This document shows positions 24,689 to 32,319 of a DNA stretch of 40,263 bases, piece by piece. The stretch's first letter is position 1. Each line of letters starts with the position of its first letter. This DNA is from a virus, in the IMG/VR virus record IMGVR_UViG_3300045988_028614, positions 1 to 40,263 of that record. One strand, given 5' to 3'. Position numbers and translations under genes: made by a program. Under the pieces are notes generated by a model. It did no database searches and had not been told where the DNA came from. It worked only from the letters and a program-made list of their open reading frames with translations.

Positions 24689-25010
24689 TTACTACATTTA
24701 CTACATTTTTAAGTTACATTTTTGTAGTTTTACTACATTTACTACACTTAATTATAAACAAAATGTTACCAATCAATTCATAATTAATTAAAATATTTAC
24801 TACATTTTTAAGCTTACTACATTTTTTACTACATAATTACTACATTTTTAAAACCCTTTGTAAGCTAGTGATACCAACGCTTTATATATATTTACTACAT
24901 TTACTACATTAAATTATAAGACTTTATTATAAGTAATAAAATAATATATATATTTTATATAAAAATGTGCTATATAGAAAATGATGTAGTTTTTGTAGTA
25001 AATGTAGTAA
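24689..25010. repeat. Iteron array A (origin-like): about 10 direct and 3-4 inverted copies of TTACTACATTT around an AT-rich block
   Basis: Direct ACTACA cores at 24691, 24700, 24732, 24741, 24799, 24816, 24829, 24839, 24894 and 24903. AT-only stretch 24911-24967. Inverted copies at 24985-25010. Non-coding. Collinear with 39921..40263+1..60. Confidence 0.85.
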
Positions 25011-25116
25011 GTGATTAATTTTTATTTCTTATAATGGTTCAAAGATGTTCCGAGACGAATAATGAAATAAAATATTTTCACCTCATCACTCCATAATTAT
25101 TTTTTAGAAAAAAGTA

Positions 25117-25144
25117 TTGACAAGATAATTAAGTATGCTATAAT
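25117..25144 (+). promoter_or_regulatory. Conserved early promoter cassette, copy 2
   Basis: TTGACAagataattaagtatgcTATAATtatacttgta. Confidence 0.7.
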
Positions 25145-25174
25145 TATACTTGTAGAGAACATCGAGGAGGTATT

Positions 25175-25396
25175 ATGATGGTTATTAAGAAAAGTGAAAT
25201 CAGAAAAACTCTTCAAGATTGGAGAAGAATGGAAGAAAGGACTTGCAAAACCAACATGGCGGCTTATAAAAGTCCGGAGTTAACAACTAGATTTATTAAA
25301 AGAATCGCTTTTATAATTGGTTGTCCTAAAGAATCAGAAGCAGTTAAGGTTTTAAGACCTTATATAAAACAGTTTAAAGAGGAGGGAGTTATTTAA
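25175..25396 (+). CDS. Hypothetical protein
   Basis: 73 aa, RBS gaggaggt. Confidence 0.5.
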   Translation: MMVIKKSEIRKTLQDWRRMEERTCKTNMAAYKSPELTTRFIKRIAFIIGCPKESEAVKVLRPYIKQFKEEGVI

Positions 25397-25887
25397 TGAA
25401 ACTATATGAATTATCACAAAACTTTAGAAACTTACAACAAGTTTTAGAAAATGCGGGAGAAGATGAAAATTTAAAAGAGTTAGTTATAAACTCTATGAAA
25501 GGATTAGAGTGCGATTTATCTACAAAGGTAGAAAATATCGTGAGATTAATTAAAAACCTACAAGCAGAAGCGGAAGCGTTAAAAGCGGAAGAAAAAAGAT
25601 TAGCAAGAGAACGAAAGATAAGAGAGAATAAGATTGAGAACTTACAAAGGTACTTATTTGATACTATAAGCGGATTAGAGAAGAGAGAAGTCAAAGGTGG
25701 TATATTTACTGTAAGTGTAAAGAAAAACCCTCCTAAAGCGATTGTAGAGGATTTAAACGCTATACCGAGACAATTTATTGTAAATACTCCTAGCGTGGAT
25801 AAGAAAATGCTTAAAGAAGCGTTGAAAAATGGCGAGAAAATAGAAGGGGCTAAATTAGTGCAAGAGGAAAGTTTAAAAATAAGATAA
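25396..25887 (+). CDS. Siphovirus Gp157-like protein
   Basis: MKLYELSQNFRNLQQVLE..., a coiled coil, ...IPRQFIV...DKKMLKEALKNGEKIEGAKLVQEESLKIR. Family-typical termini and position upstream of an ERF recombinase. Confidence 0.7.
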   Translation: MKLYELSQNFRNLQQVLENAGEDENLKELVINSMKGLECDLSTKVENIVRLIKNLQAEAEALKAEEKRLARERKIRENKIENLQRYLFDTISGLEKREVKGGIFTVSVKKNPPKAIVEDLNAIPRQFIVNTPSVDKKMLKEALKNGEKIEGAKLVQEESLKIR

Positions 25888-25916
25888 TTGACAAGGTAAT
25901 TAAGTTAGTGTATAAT
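25888..25916 (+). promoter_or_regulatory. Conserved early promoter cassette, copy 3
   Basis: TTGACAaggtaattaagttagtgTATAATtaaattgtca. Confidence 0.65.
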
Positions 25917-25945
25917 TAAATTGTCAGTTAAAAGGAGGTATTTTT

Positions 25946-26536
25946 ATGAATAGAAGTGAAACAATAGTTAAATTAGCAGTTGCTTTAGCGAAGTTCAATG
26001 CCGAAGTAACAAGTATATCAAAAGATGCTAAAAATCCATTCTTCAAAAGTGATTATGTAACACTTGATAAGCTTATATTAGCAACTAGGGATATATTGCA
26101 GAAGAATGGTTTATCAGTCTTACAAATGCCGTTGAGTAAGGAAACTGGAGAAATAGGAATACAAACTATTTTACTACATGAGAGCGGGGAATATATAGAG
26201 AGTGAACCATTATTCATGAAACCAGTTAAAAACGACCCACAACAAGCAGGTAGCTTAATAACTTATCTTAGAAGATATTCATATCAAGCTATTTTAAATC
26301 TTAATACAGGCGAAGATGATGATGCAAATTTAACTACTCATGGAAGTTCTAAGCCAAAGGAAGGTCTATCAGATAAGCAATTAAGCAGATTGTTCGCTAT
26401 AGGAAAATCTAAAGGAATAAACCAAGCAACTATAACAGCTCAATGCGTAAAAGAATTTGGAGTATCTGATATAAGTCAAATGACTAAAGAACAGTACGAT
26501 AACATTTGTAGTAGATTGGAGAAAGTTCAAAAATAA
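25946..26536 (+). CDS. ERF-family single-strand annealing protein
   Basis: LAKFNAEVTSISKDAKNPFFKSDYVTLDKLILATRDILQKNGLSVLQ and ...GSLITYLRRYSYQAILNL are characteristic ERF motifs. Confidence 0.8.
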   Translation: MNRSETIVKLAVALAKFNAEVTSISKDAKNPFFKSDYVTLDKLILATRDILQKNGLSVLQMPLSKETGEIGIQTILLHESGEYIESEPLFMKPVKNDPQQAGSLITYLRRYSYQAILNLNTGEDDDANLTTHGSSKPKEGLSDKQLSRLFAIGKSKGINQATITAQCVKEFGVSDISQMTKEQYDNICSRLEKVQK

Positions 26537-27198
26537 TGAGATATAGATTTACTGAAAGAGAAATAGAAAACGCATTAAATAAAATGATTATTATAATAGA
26601 TTCGAGGGAGCAAAAAGCTTCCTCTTATAAATCTGAATGGAATAGGAATCAAGTTAGATATTATTCTACAGAGGAATATAAAAAGTATAATAAAGAGTGT
26701 AAAATTCCTAAAAAAGACTTGTTTGAAGCTAATTTACCAGCTGGGGATTACTCGGCTATGATACCTAAAGGAACGCTAGAGGGAATTGATAGGGCGTTAT
26801 GGTTTGATAAATATACTATTGTAGAAAAGAAAGGTAGTATTAACGAGTTAGCGGGCAATATCAAGGTTACAAATGGAGAAAAGAAACGTTTAGATAACGA
26901 GTTCGCAAGGCTTAAAGCGAACGGAACTAAACACAGAATACTTATAGAAGATGCTTTATATTTCAAACATATGTATGAAGGTACAGGCGACCATAAACAT
27001 GGTTGGAAAAGTAGCATAAGTCTATTAGGTGCTATTGATAGAAGTCTTTCAGAATGGGGGACAGAATTAATTCCAGTGCCTAAAGAGTATATGGCTAAAA
27101 GGATTTATGCTATTTTAAGAAATGATGTAAGAACTTGTTTGAGAGAACATTTTGAGATCAAGAATATTAATAAGTTTATGGAGGTTGAAAATGAGTGA
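26536..27198 (+). CDS. ERCC4 (XPF/Mus81)-like nuclease domain protein
   Basis: IIIDSREQK...LPAGDYSA...IVEKKGSINELAGNI follows the ERCC4 pattern D.RE ... GDY ... ERK..DL with a conservative variation. Confidence 0.5.
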   Translation: MRYRFTEREIENALNKMIIIIDSREQKASSYKSEWNRNQVRYYSTEEYKKYNKECKIPKKDLFEANLPAGDYSAMIPKGTLEGIDRALWFDKYTIVEKKGSINELAGNIKVTNGEKKRLDNEFARLKANGTKHRILIEDALYFKHMYEGTGDHKHGWKSSISLLGAIDRSLSEWGTELIPVPKEYMAKRIYAILRNDVRTCLREHFEIKNINKFMEVENE

Positions 27199-27358
27199 TA
27201 GTAAAGCGTGCTTAATAACAAGTATGGGGATAGCTTTAATGGGATTGATAGCTTATCCAAATAGTAGCATCTTAGCAAAACTTATTTTAATAGGTGTTAC
27301 AATTGGAGGGGTTGCTACTGCAATTATAATTAAAGAGTTAAAGGAGAGTAAGAGATAA
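27191..27358 (+). CDS. Small membrane protein (two predicted TM segments)
   Basis: ATG 27191 after ggaggt; MSDSKACLITSMGIALMGLIAY...LILIGVTIGGVATAIII. Confidence 0.5.
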   Translation: MSDSKACLITSMGIALMGLIAYPNSSILAKLILIGVTIGGVATAIIIKELKESKR

Positions 27359-28017
27359 TGAAAGTTAGTTTAATAGATATAACAAATAACCCAATAGAAA
27401 AGATATATAAGGCTTATAGAATATGCTACAGTAAAGATTCTTGGGATAATATAAAAATTAAGAGTGAGAAGGAAATGTGTGATTTTATAGTTCCTCTTAT
27501 GATGGAACAACACACTAGCCCCCTTGAACACGTTAGTTTTAGTTTTGCTATAGAAGGAATTTCGAGAGTGTGTTTAGCACAGTTGACTAGACATAGAACA
27601 TTTAAGTTTAATGTTCAGTCGCAAAGATATGTTGATGGTAGTAACTTTGATTTTGTTATGCCTAATTTAAATTATATGAATGAAACAAAGGGTAAAATAG
27701 CAAAGGAAGATTTAAAAGAATTTTTTGAACATTCCAAAGAAATGTATAGATATTTAACAGAATTAGGAATTAAAAAAGAAGATGCTAGAGCAATATTACC
27801 ACAAGCAACAACTTGTAATTTAATAGTTACAATGGATTTAAATAACTTTAGAAACTTTTTAAGACAAAGAAAGTGTATTCATGCACAGAAAGAGATTAGA
27901 GAATTGGCTTTTATTATGATAGATTTATTAAAACCTCATATTCCATTTGTAGATTACAAAGTTTTATTGTGTGAACAAGGTTTATGTAGTAAATGCCTTG
28001 ACAAAATAAATCAATAA
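27358..28017 (+). CDS. thyX: FAD-dependent thymidylate synthase
   Basis: ThyX signature TRHRTFKFNVQSQRY (RHR...SQRY). 219 aa. Confidence 0.9.
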   Translation: MKVSLIDITNNPIEKIYKAYRICYSKDSWDNIKIKSEKEMCDFIVPLMMEQHTSPLEHVSFSFAIEGISRVCLAQLTRHRTFKFNVQSQRYVDGSNFDFVMPNLNYMNETKGKIAKEDLKEFFEHSKEMYRYLTELGIKKEDARAILPQATTCNLIVTMDLNNFRNFLRQRKCIHAQKEIRELAFIMIDLLKPHIPFVDYKVLLCEQGLCSKCLDKINQ

Positions 28018-28026
28018 GTATATAAT
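27998..28026 (+). promoter_or_regulatory. Conserved early promoter cassette, copy 4 (overlaps the thyX 3' end)
   Basis: TTGACAaaataaatcaataagtaTATAATtaaattgtaaat. Confidence 0.6.
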
Positions 28027-28046
28027 TAAATTGTAAATAAATTTAA

Positions 28047-28118
28047 AGTTGGTTAAGTGAGTTTATAGTGTTGAGAATAAAATATTCGCCTATATCTTGT
28101 ACGCCTCACTTTCCAACT
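28047..28118 (+). promoter_or_regulatory. Long-range stem in the ssb 5' leader ending just before the RBS
   Basis: agttggttaagtgag (28047-28061) pairs with ctcactttccaact (28105-28118) as 6+7 bp with a small bulge. The RBS aaggagg starts at 28119. Confidence 0.4.
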
Positions 28119-28132
28119 AAGGAGGTAATAGA

Positions 28133-28504
28133 ATGAATCAAGTTAACTTATTAGGGCGTTTAAGCAAAGATGTAGATTATAGAACAGGTAATACTAATAT
28201 TGCTAGATTCACGTTAGCAGTAAATAGAAAATTCAAAAGAGATGAAGCTGATTTTATAAATTGTATAGCGTTCGGTAAAACTGCTGATATAATAAATCAA
28301 TATCTTTCGAAAGGTTCTCAAATTGCTATAAGTGGAAATATAAGAACAGGAAGCTATGGAGCTCAAGATGGTACTAGAAGATATACAACAGATATAGTTG
28401 TTGAAAATTTTGACTTTATAAGCAGTAACAATAAACAAGAGAATAAAGTAAATGAGTTTGAAGAAGAAATGAATAGGGTTGAAGATGGATATGTTCCATT
28501 TTAG
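28133..28504 (+). CDS. ssb: Single-stranded DNA-binding protein
   Basis: MNQVNLLGRLSKDVDYR... OB-fold N-terminus and an acidic C-terminal tip, EDGYVPF. Confidence 0.9.
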   Translation: MNQVNLLGRLSKDVDYRTGNTNIARFTLAVNRKFKRDEADFINCIAFGKTADIINQYLSKGSQIAISGNIRTGSYGAQDGTRRYTTDIVVENFDFISSNNKQENKVNEFEEEMNRVEDGYVPF

Positions 28505-28515
28505 GAGGTGTTTAG

Positions 28516-28761
28516 ATGTATAATGATAAAGAAGTGATTATTCCTATAAGCGATTTTAAATTAGGACAATTAGATGCTAGTTTAGTTAAACCTAATTGTT
28601 TTAATTTTTGTTTAGAAGGAGAATGGTTGCTAAGAATAGATAAAGATGGCATAACTTTCAATGAAGATTTCAAAAATAAACTTTCTGCTGATGAATATGC
28701 TATGAAGTTTATTGAGTGTTTAGAAAGAATGGGAATGGTTAAAAATGAAAACTTGTACTAA
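28516..28761 (+). CDS. Hypothetical protein
   Basis: 81 aa, RBS aggaggt. Confidence 0.5.
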   Translation: MYNDKEVIIPISDFKLGQLDASLVKPNCFNFCLEGEWLLRIDKDGITFNEDFKNKLSADEYAMKFIECLERMGMVKNENLY

Positions 28762-29071
28762 TTGCAACAGAACATTCGAAGATATAGAAACTAATTTCTA
28801 TCACCACCCACAAGGGAAAGATGGTTATAGATCTATGTGTAAAGAATGTTTAAAGGAAAAAGCTAGAGAAAAATCAAGAAAGACTATGAAAGATGTTTTT
28901 ATAAATAGAGAAAAGATAAAAGCTAAACGTAAAGAGTTAGGATTAACTATTGAAGAAGCTGCTAAACTTATAGGGATACCATATCACACTTATTTAGGTG
29001 TAGAAATAAGAGATAAAAGAGTTAGGAGAAATACTTGGGAAAAAATAAATAAAGTTTATAGACTAGAGTAA
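28745..29071 (+). CDS. Zinc-ribbon plus XRE-type HTH protein
   Basis: CTNCNR...CKEC then IKAKRKELGLTIEEAAKLIGIPYHTYLGVE. Confidence 0.55.
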   Translation: MKTCTNCNRTFEDIETNFYHHPQGKDGYRSMCKECLKEKAREKSRKTMKDVFINREKIKAKRKELGLTIEEAAKLIGIPYHTYLGVEIRDKRVRRNTWEKINKVYRLE

Positions 29072-29086
29072 AATCTAGTCTTTTTT
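29061..29086 (+). terminator. Rho-independent terminator
   Basis: gactaga (29061-29067) / tctagtc (29074-29080) plus tttttt. Confidence 0.7.
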
Positions 29087-29096
29087 AACAAAAGTA

Positions 29097-29125
29097 TTGA
29101 CAAGATAATTAAGTGATTATATAAT
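29097..29125 (+). promoter_or_regulatory. Conserved early promoter cassette, copy 5
   Basis: TTGACAagataattaagtgattaTATAATtaacttgtaaat. Confidence 0.7.
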
Positions 29126-29157
29126 TAACTTGTAAATTTGTTTTGGAGGTTAGGTAG

Positions 29158-30126
29158 ATGATTAAGATTAAAGTAAGTCAGAAAGGTTATAAAGTTAAAC
29201 CAACTGCAACTGACATGATAGATATTACAATGGGTATGAAAAATTACCCTTGTATATACGTTGATTATAGAGAAATAAAAGAATATTTAAAAAGAGGTCA
29301 TTCTGTTTTATTAGCAGAATTTCAAGAAGATAGTAAGGATATATTTGAAAGCAGCATTAATTGTTTAGAGTGTATTGCTTTAGATGTAGATAGCAAAGAA
29401 AATGAGATTACATTATTTGAAATGGTTGCATTAGTAAATAAAAAACTAGGTGTTTATCCTATAATAGAATATCCAACTTTTAGTGATACTGATTACACTA
29501 AATTCAGATTGATTTATAGATTAGAAAGTCCTATTGATGTTGAAACTTATAAGTTATTGTATAAGGCTCTACAATGGAAGTTTAATAAATATTTAGATCA
29601 AGCTACAAGCAACGCAAATCGTATATGGGCTGGGACAAATAAAGAGGTAACTTACAGAGAGAACGACATTCCTATAAGTTGTACATTAATTGTAAAACTT
29701 ATAAATGCTTATCAATCTAAGTTAAAGAGGGATAACAAAGCTAAGCAAAAAGTTATTGAAAAAGGGTATACTCAATATGACGGTGAGGATTATATTAAGC
29801 CGCAATATAAAGAAGAGTGTTTAAATAGACTAATATCGTCTATAAGCTTAAAAGACTTCATACAGAAGCATCTAGGTGGAGAATTTAAGTATATGAATGG
29901 TAATTATATTGGTAGATGTGTTTTGCATGGTGGAGATAATAAAGGAGCTTTAGTTATAAATGATGAAAAAGGTATTTACACTTGCTTTACACATTGTGGA
30001 ACTGGTAATTTAATATCAGTTGCTAAAAAGGTTTATGGAATTACTAATTTTTCTAAATTGGCGTTTATATTAGCGCAAGAATATAATTTAAGTATTCCGG
30101 AAGAATGGATTAGGAGGATTAAATAA
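29158..30126 (+). CDS. Primase-related protein: possible AEP-like N-region plus a C-terminal CHC2 (DnaG-type) zinc finger
   Basis: C-terminus LKDFIQKHLGGEFKYMNGNYIGRCVLHGGDNKGALVINDEKGIYTCFTHCGTGNLISV matches the CHC2 primase zinc finger. CIALDVDS in the N-half could be a DxD catalytic motif, but this is weak. Confidence 0.5.
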   Translation: MIKIKVSQKGYKVKPTATDMIDITMGMKNYPCIYVDYREIKEYLKRGHSVLLAEFQEDSKDIFESSINCLECIALDVDSKENEITLFEMVALVNKKLGVYPIIEYPTFSDTDYTKFRLIYRLESPIDVETYKLLYKALQWKFNKYLDQATSNANRIWAGTNKEVTYRENDIPISCTLIVKLINAYQSKLKRDNKAKQKVIEKGYTQYDGEDYIKPQYKEECLNRLISSISLKDFIQKHLGGEFKYMNGNYIGRCVLHGGDNKGALVINDEKGIYTCFTHCGTGNLISVAKKVYGITNFSKLAFILAQEYNLSIPEEWIRRIK

Positions 30127-30509
30127 TGGTACTAGCGTTTAACAAAGATGTGTTTGGTTTACCTATAGCGATAGCGGATTCGCAAAGAGCTTTGGGTAGA
30201 TTAATGAATATAAACCATAATATGATATCAAGACAAATAAAGAGTAATAAAAGAAACAAAAGAAGCAATTTGAAATTTATAGAATTTAAAGAGGAAAAAC
30301 AGAAAAGACCTAGAACGCAAAGAGAGGTTTGTTATGCAGTATATGATTGTAATGTAAAGGGTGAGCCTATTATACAACTGTTTGATACTATAAAAGAAAC
30401 ATCAGCATTTTTAGGTTGTTGGGATAGTTCAACAAAGAATTTAATTGATAAAGATGTTAAAAACAGGCAAGGGTATAAGGTTGCAAAAATAATTTTAGAA
30501 GATGAATAA
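30126..30509 (+). CDS. Hypothetical protein with NUMOD1-like HTH segments
   Basis: IQLFDTIKETSAFLGCWDSSTKNLIDKDVKNRQGYKV resembles the DNA-binding modules of homing endonucleases. No nuclease motif was seen. Confidence 0.35.
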   Translation: MVLAFNKDVFGLPIAIADSQRALGRLMNINHNMISRQIKSNKRNKRSNLKFIEFKEEKQKRPRTQREVCYAVYDCNVKGEPIIQLFDTIKETSAFLGCWDSSTKNLIDKDVKNRQGYKVAKIILEDE

Positions 30510-30516
30510 ATAACTA

Positions 30517-30544
30517 TTGACAAGATAATTAAGTATGTTATAAT
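30517..30544 (+). promoter_or_regulatory. Conserved early promoter cassette, copy 6
   Basis: TTGACAagataattaagtatgtTATAATtaagttgtaaat. Confidence 0.7.
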
Positions 30545-30576
30545 TAAGTTGTAAATAATTTTTTGGGGGGTTAAAC

Positions 30577-30906
30577 ATGAATAGAGAATCAAAACTAATT
30601 CAAATTGCCAACTATTATGGCAAAGAACCACAGTTAAGGCAAACACAAGAAGAGTTGGCAGAGCTAATACTTGCTATTTCTAAGTGTGTTAGAAACGACT
30701 TGCATTTTCAAGAGAACTTCGTTGAAGAAATTGCAGATGTTGAAATTATGCTAGAGCAGTTAAAATTGTTCATGACAGATTCAGAATTAAATCATTTAGA
30801 GTTTATAAAAGAAGCTAAGATAGTAAGGCAACTTGAGAGAATCGAGAGAGAAAAAGCGAGAAAAATAAATCAATATGAGATAGAAAAGTTTTGGGAGGAG
30901 AAATAA
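30577..30906 (+). CDS. MazG-like nucleotide pyrophosphohydrolase
   Basis: QEELAELILAISKCVR...VEEIADVEIMLEQLK gives the EExxE ... EExxD helices of the all-alpha NTP-PPase fold. Confidence 0.7.
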   Translation: MNRESKLIQIANYYGKEPQLRQTQEELAELILAISKCVRNDLHFQENFVEEIADVEIMLEQLKLFMTDSELNHLEFIKEAKIVRQLERIEREKARKINQYEIEKFWEEK

Positions 30907-31122
30907 ATGTCAATTAGAAAAGTGAGCATTAATTATTTAGTAGGAGAAAACGGGTTTTATTTCCAAGATGGAGATTTTGTAATCTTAAATACTGGAATGT
31001 CAGAGATAAAAGGAAGAATATTAGAGATACATGATTATAGAGTAAAAATGGAAGACGAACAAGGGGAAATAATAGTTCCTATAGAGAGAATCGAAAGTAT
31101 TAAGTTGTGGGAGGGGAGATAA
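30907..31122 (+). CDS. Hypothetical protein
   Basis: 71 aa, tightly packed after the MazG-like gene. Confidence 0.5.
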   Translation: MSIRKVSINYLVGENGFYFQDGDFVILNTGMSEIKGRILEIHDYRVKMEDEQGEIIVPIERIESIKLWEGR

Positions 31123-31241
31123 TGGACTTAGCTAGTGCTATCAAACAACAATATGCTATAAATGAGAGAAAAGGACATAAAGAAACTTTGCTAAAAGGTA
31201 AGAAAGAATTATTGAAAGAGAAAGATGTTAAGAGGTGGTAA
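31122..31241 (+). CDS. Hypothetical 39-aa protein (not in the ORF track)
   Basis: taATG overlap with the upstream stop, gagggga RBS; MDLASAIKQQYAINERKGHKETLLKGKKELLKEKDVKRW. Confidence 0.4.
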   Translation: MDLASAIKQQYAINERKGHKETLLKGKKELLKEKDVKRW

Positions 31242-31242
31242 A

Positions 31243-31851
31243 ATGTTAAAAGTTGGAGATAAAGTGAAGGTTAGAGAAGATTTAATTGTTGGTAGTTATT
31301 ATGGAGAACAAATGTTTTGCGGTGGCTATATGGAAACACTTAAAGGTAGGATAGCAACAATTGTAGAGGTGTATGATTGTTTATCTTATGATATAGATAT
31401 AGATGAAGAAGGTTGGAAGTGGACAGAAGAAATGTTTGAAATAATCGAAAAAGAAGTGAGTGTTAATATGAAAGAATTAACTTTTAGAGAGGTAATTGCT
31501 AATATAAAAGAGGGAGAAGTTTGGGAGAGTGAAATACTTGAAATTTATCTTGATAATAAAACAAGTGAGTTGGTTTTAAAACATAAAACAAATTATTTTT
31601 ATTGTCGTGAAATAGGTATAAAAAAAGAGAAAAAGTTCAAACTTAAAAGACCACAATATACATTCCAAGAAGCGTTTAAAGCTTTTGAGGAAGGGAAAGA
31701 GATAGAGAGTTGTGAGAGTGGTTTTAAATACGAAATTTATGAAGATGCAACAAAAATAAAAAGAAAAGATTATAAAACAATATATGAACATAAGGCGGTT
31801 AAAATATTTTCAACAGAAGAAATTAAAGGTAAATGGTATATAAACGACTAA
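31243..31851 (+). CDS. Hypothetical protein
   Basis: ATG 31243 after gaggtgg (the track starts at 31225). 202 aa. Confidence 0.55.
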   Translation: MLKVGDKVKVREDLIVGSYYGEQMFCGGYMETLKGRIATIVEVYDCLSYDIDIDEEGWKWTEEMFEIIEKEVSVNMKELTFREVIANIKEGEVWESEILEIYLDNKTSELVLKHKTNYFYCREIGIKKEKKFKLKRPQYTFQEAFKAFEEGKEIESCESGFKYEIYEDATKIKRKDYKTIYEHKAVKIFSTEEIKGKWYIND

Positions 31852-31857
31852 CAATTT

Positions 31858-31885
31858 ACACCTCGAAAGAGGTGTATTTTTTATT
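31858..31885 (+). terminator. Rho-independent terminator closing the early region
   Basis: acacctc-gaaa-gaggtgt followed by atttttt. Confidence 0.75.
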
Positions 31886-31894
31886 GTGTAAATA

Positions 31895-31915
31895 TGGTAT
31901 AATGTAGATAGAAAG
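31895..31915 (+). promoter_or_regulatory. Putative late promoter in front of the packaging genes
   Basis: TGgTATAAT (31895-31903) g TAGATAGAAAG (31905-31915), the same 18-nt pattern as at 1965-1982. Confidence 0.5.
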
Positions 31916-31929
31916 CGAGGTGTAGAGGT

Positions 31930-32319
31930 ATGAAAAGACCACTGGGAAAACCTAGAATTTTCAAAACAGAAGAAGAATTTTATAATGCTATAATAGATTA
32001 TTTTGAATATTGTGAAGAAACGGAGAGGTTTCCTAATATAGCAGGAGCAGTAGTTCATATGGGAATAGGTAGAACAACTTTTTATGAATACGAAGCAAAA
32101 TATCCGAACACTTTTAAACTATTTCAAGATATTTTAGAAGATAATGTGCTTCAAAGTAGAGATACAACAACAAAAATTTTCTATCTTAAAAACAAATTTG
32201 GTTATAGAGATAGAATTGAAACAGAAAACACTAACACAAACAACAACGTTAATAAAAACATTGATTTCAGTCATTTATCTAAAGAAGATATAAAGGAGTT
32301 GTTAAGAAATGAATCTTAG
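31930..32319 (+). CDS. terS: Terminase small subunit
   Basis: MKRPLGKPRIFKTEEEFYNAIIDYFEYCEETERFPNIAGAVVHMGIGRTTFYEY is a typical small-terminase HTH N-terminus, located upstream of terL. Confidence 0.8.
   Translation: MKRPLGKPRIFKTEEEFYNAIIDYFEYCEETERFPNIAGAVVHMGIGRTTFYEYEAKYPNTFKLFQDILEDNVLQSRDTTTKIFYLKNKFGYRDRIETENTNTNNNVNKNIDFSHLSKEDIKELLRNES

Noticed and set aside
24689-25010. Repeat arrays A and B considered as CRISPR arrays
   Set aside because: The repeat unit is only 11 bp, and copies abut or are separated by irregular AT-rich filler rather than unique spacers of uniform length. Inverted copies are present, and there are no cas genes. The layout fits iterons, not CRISPR.
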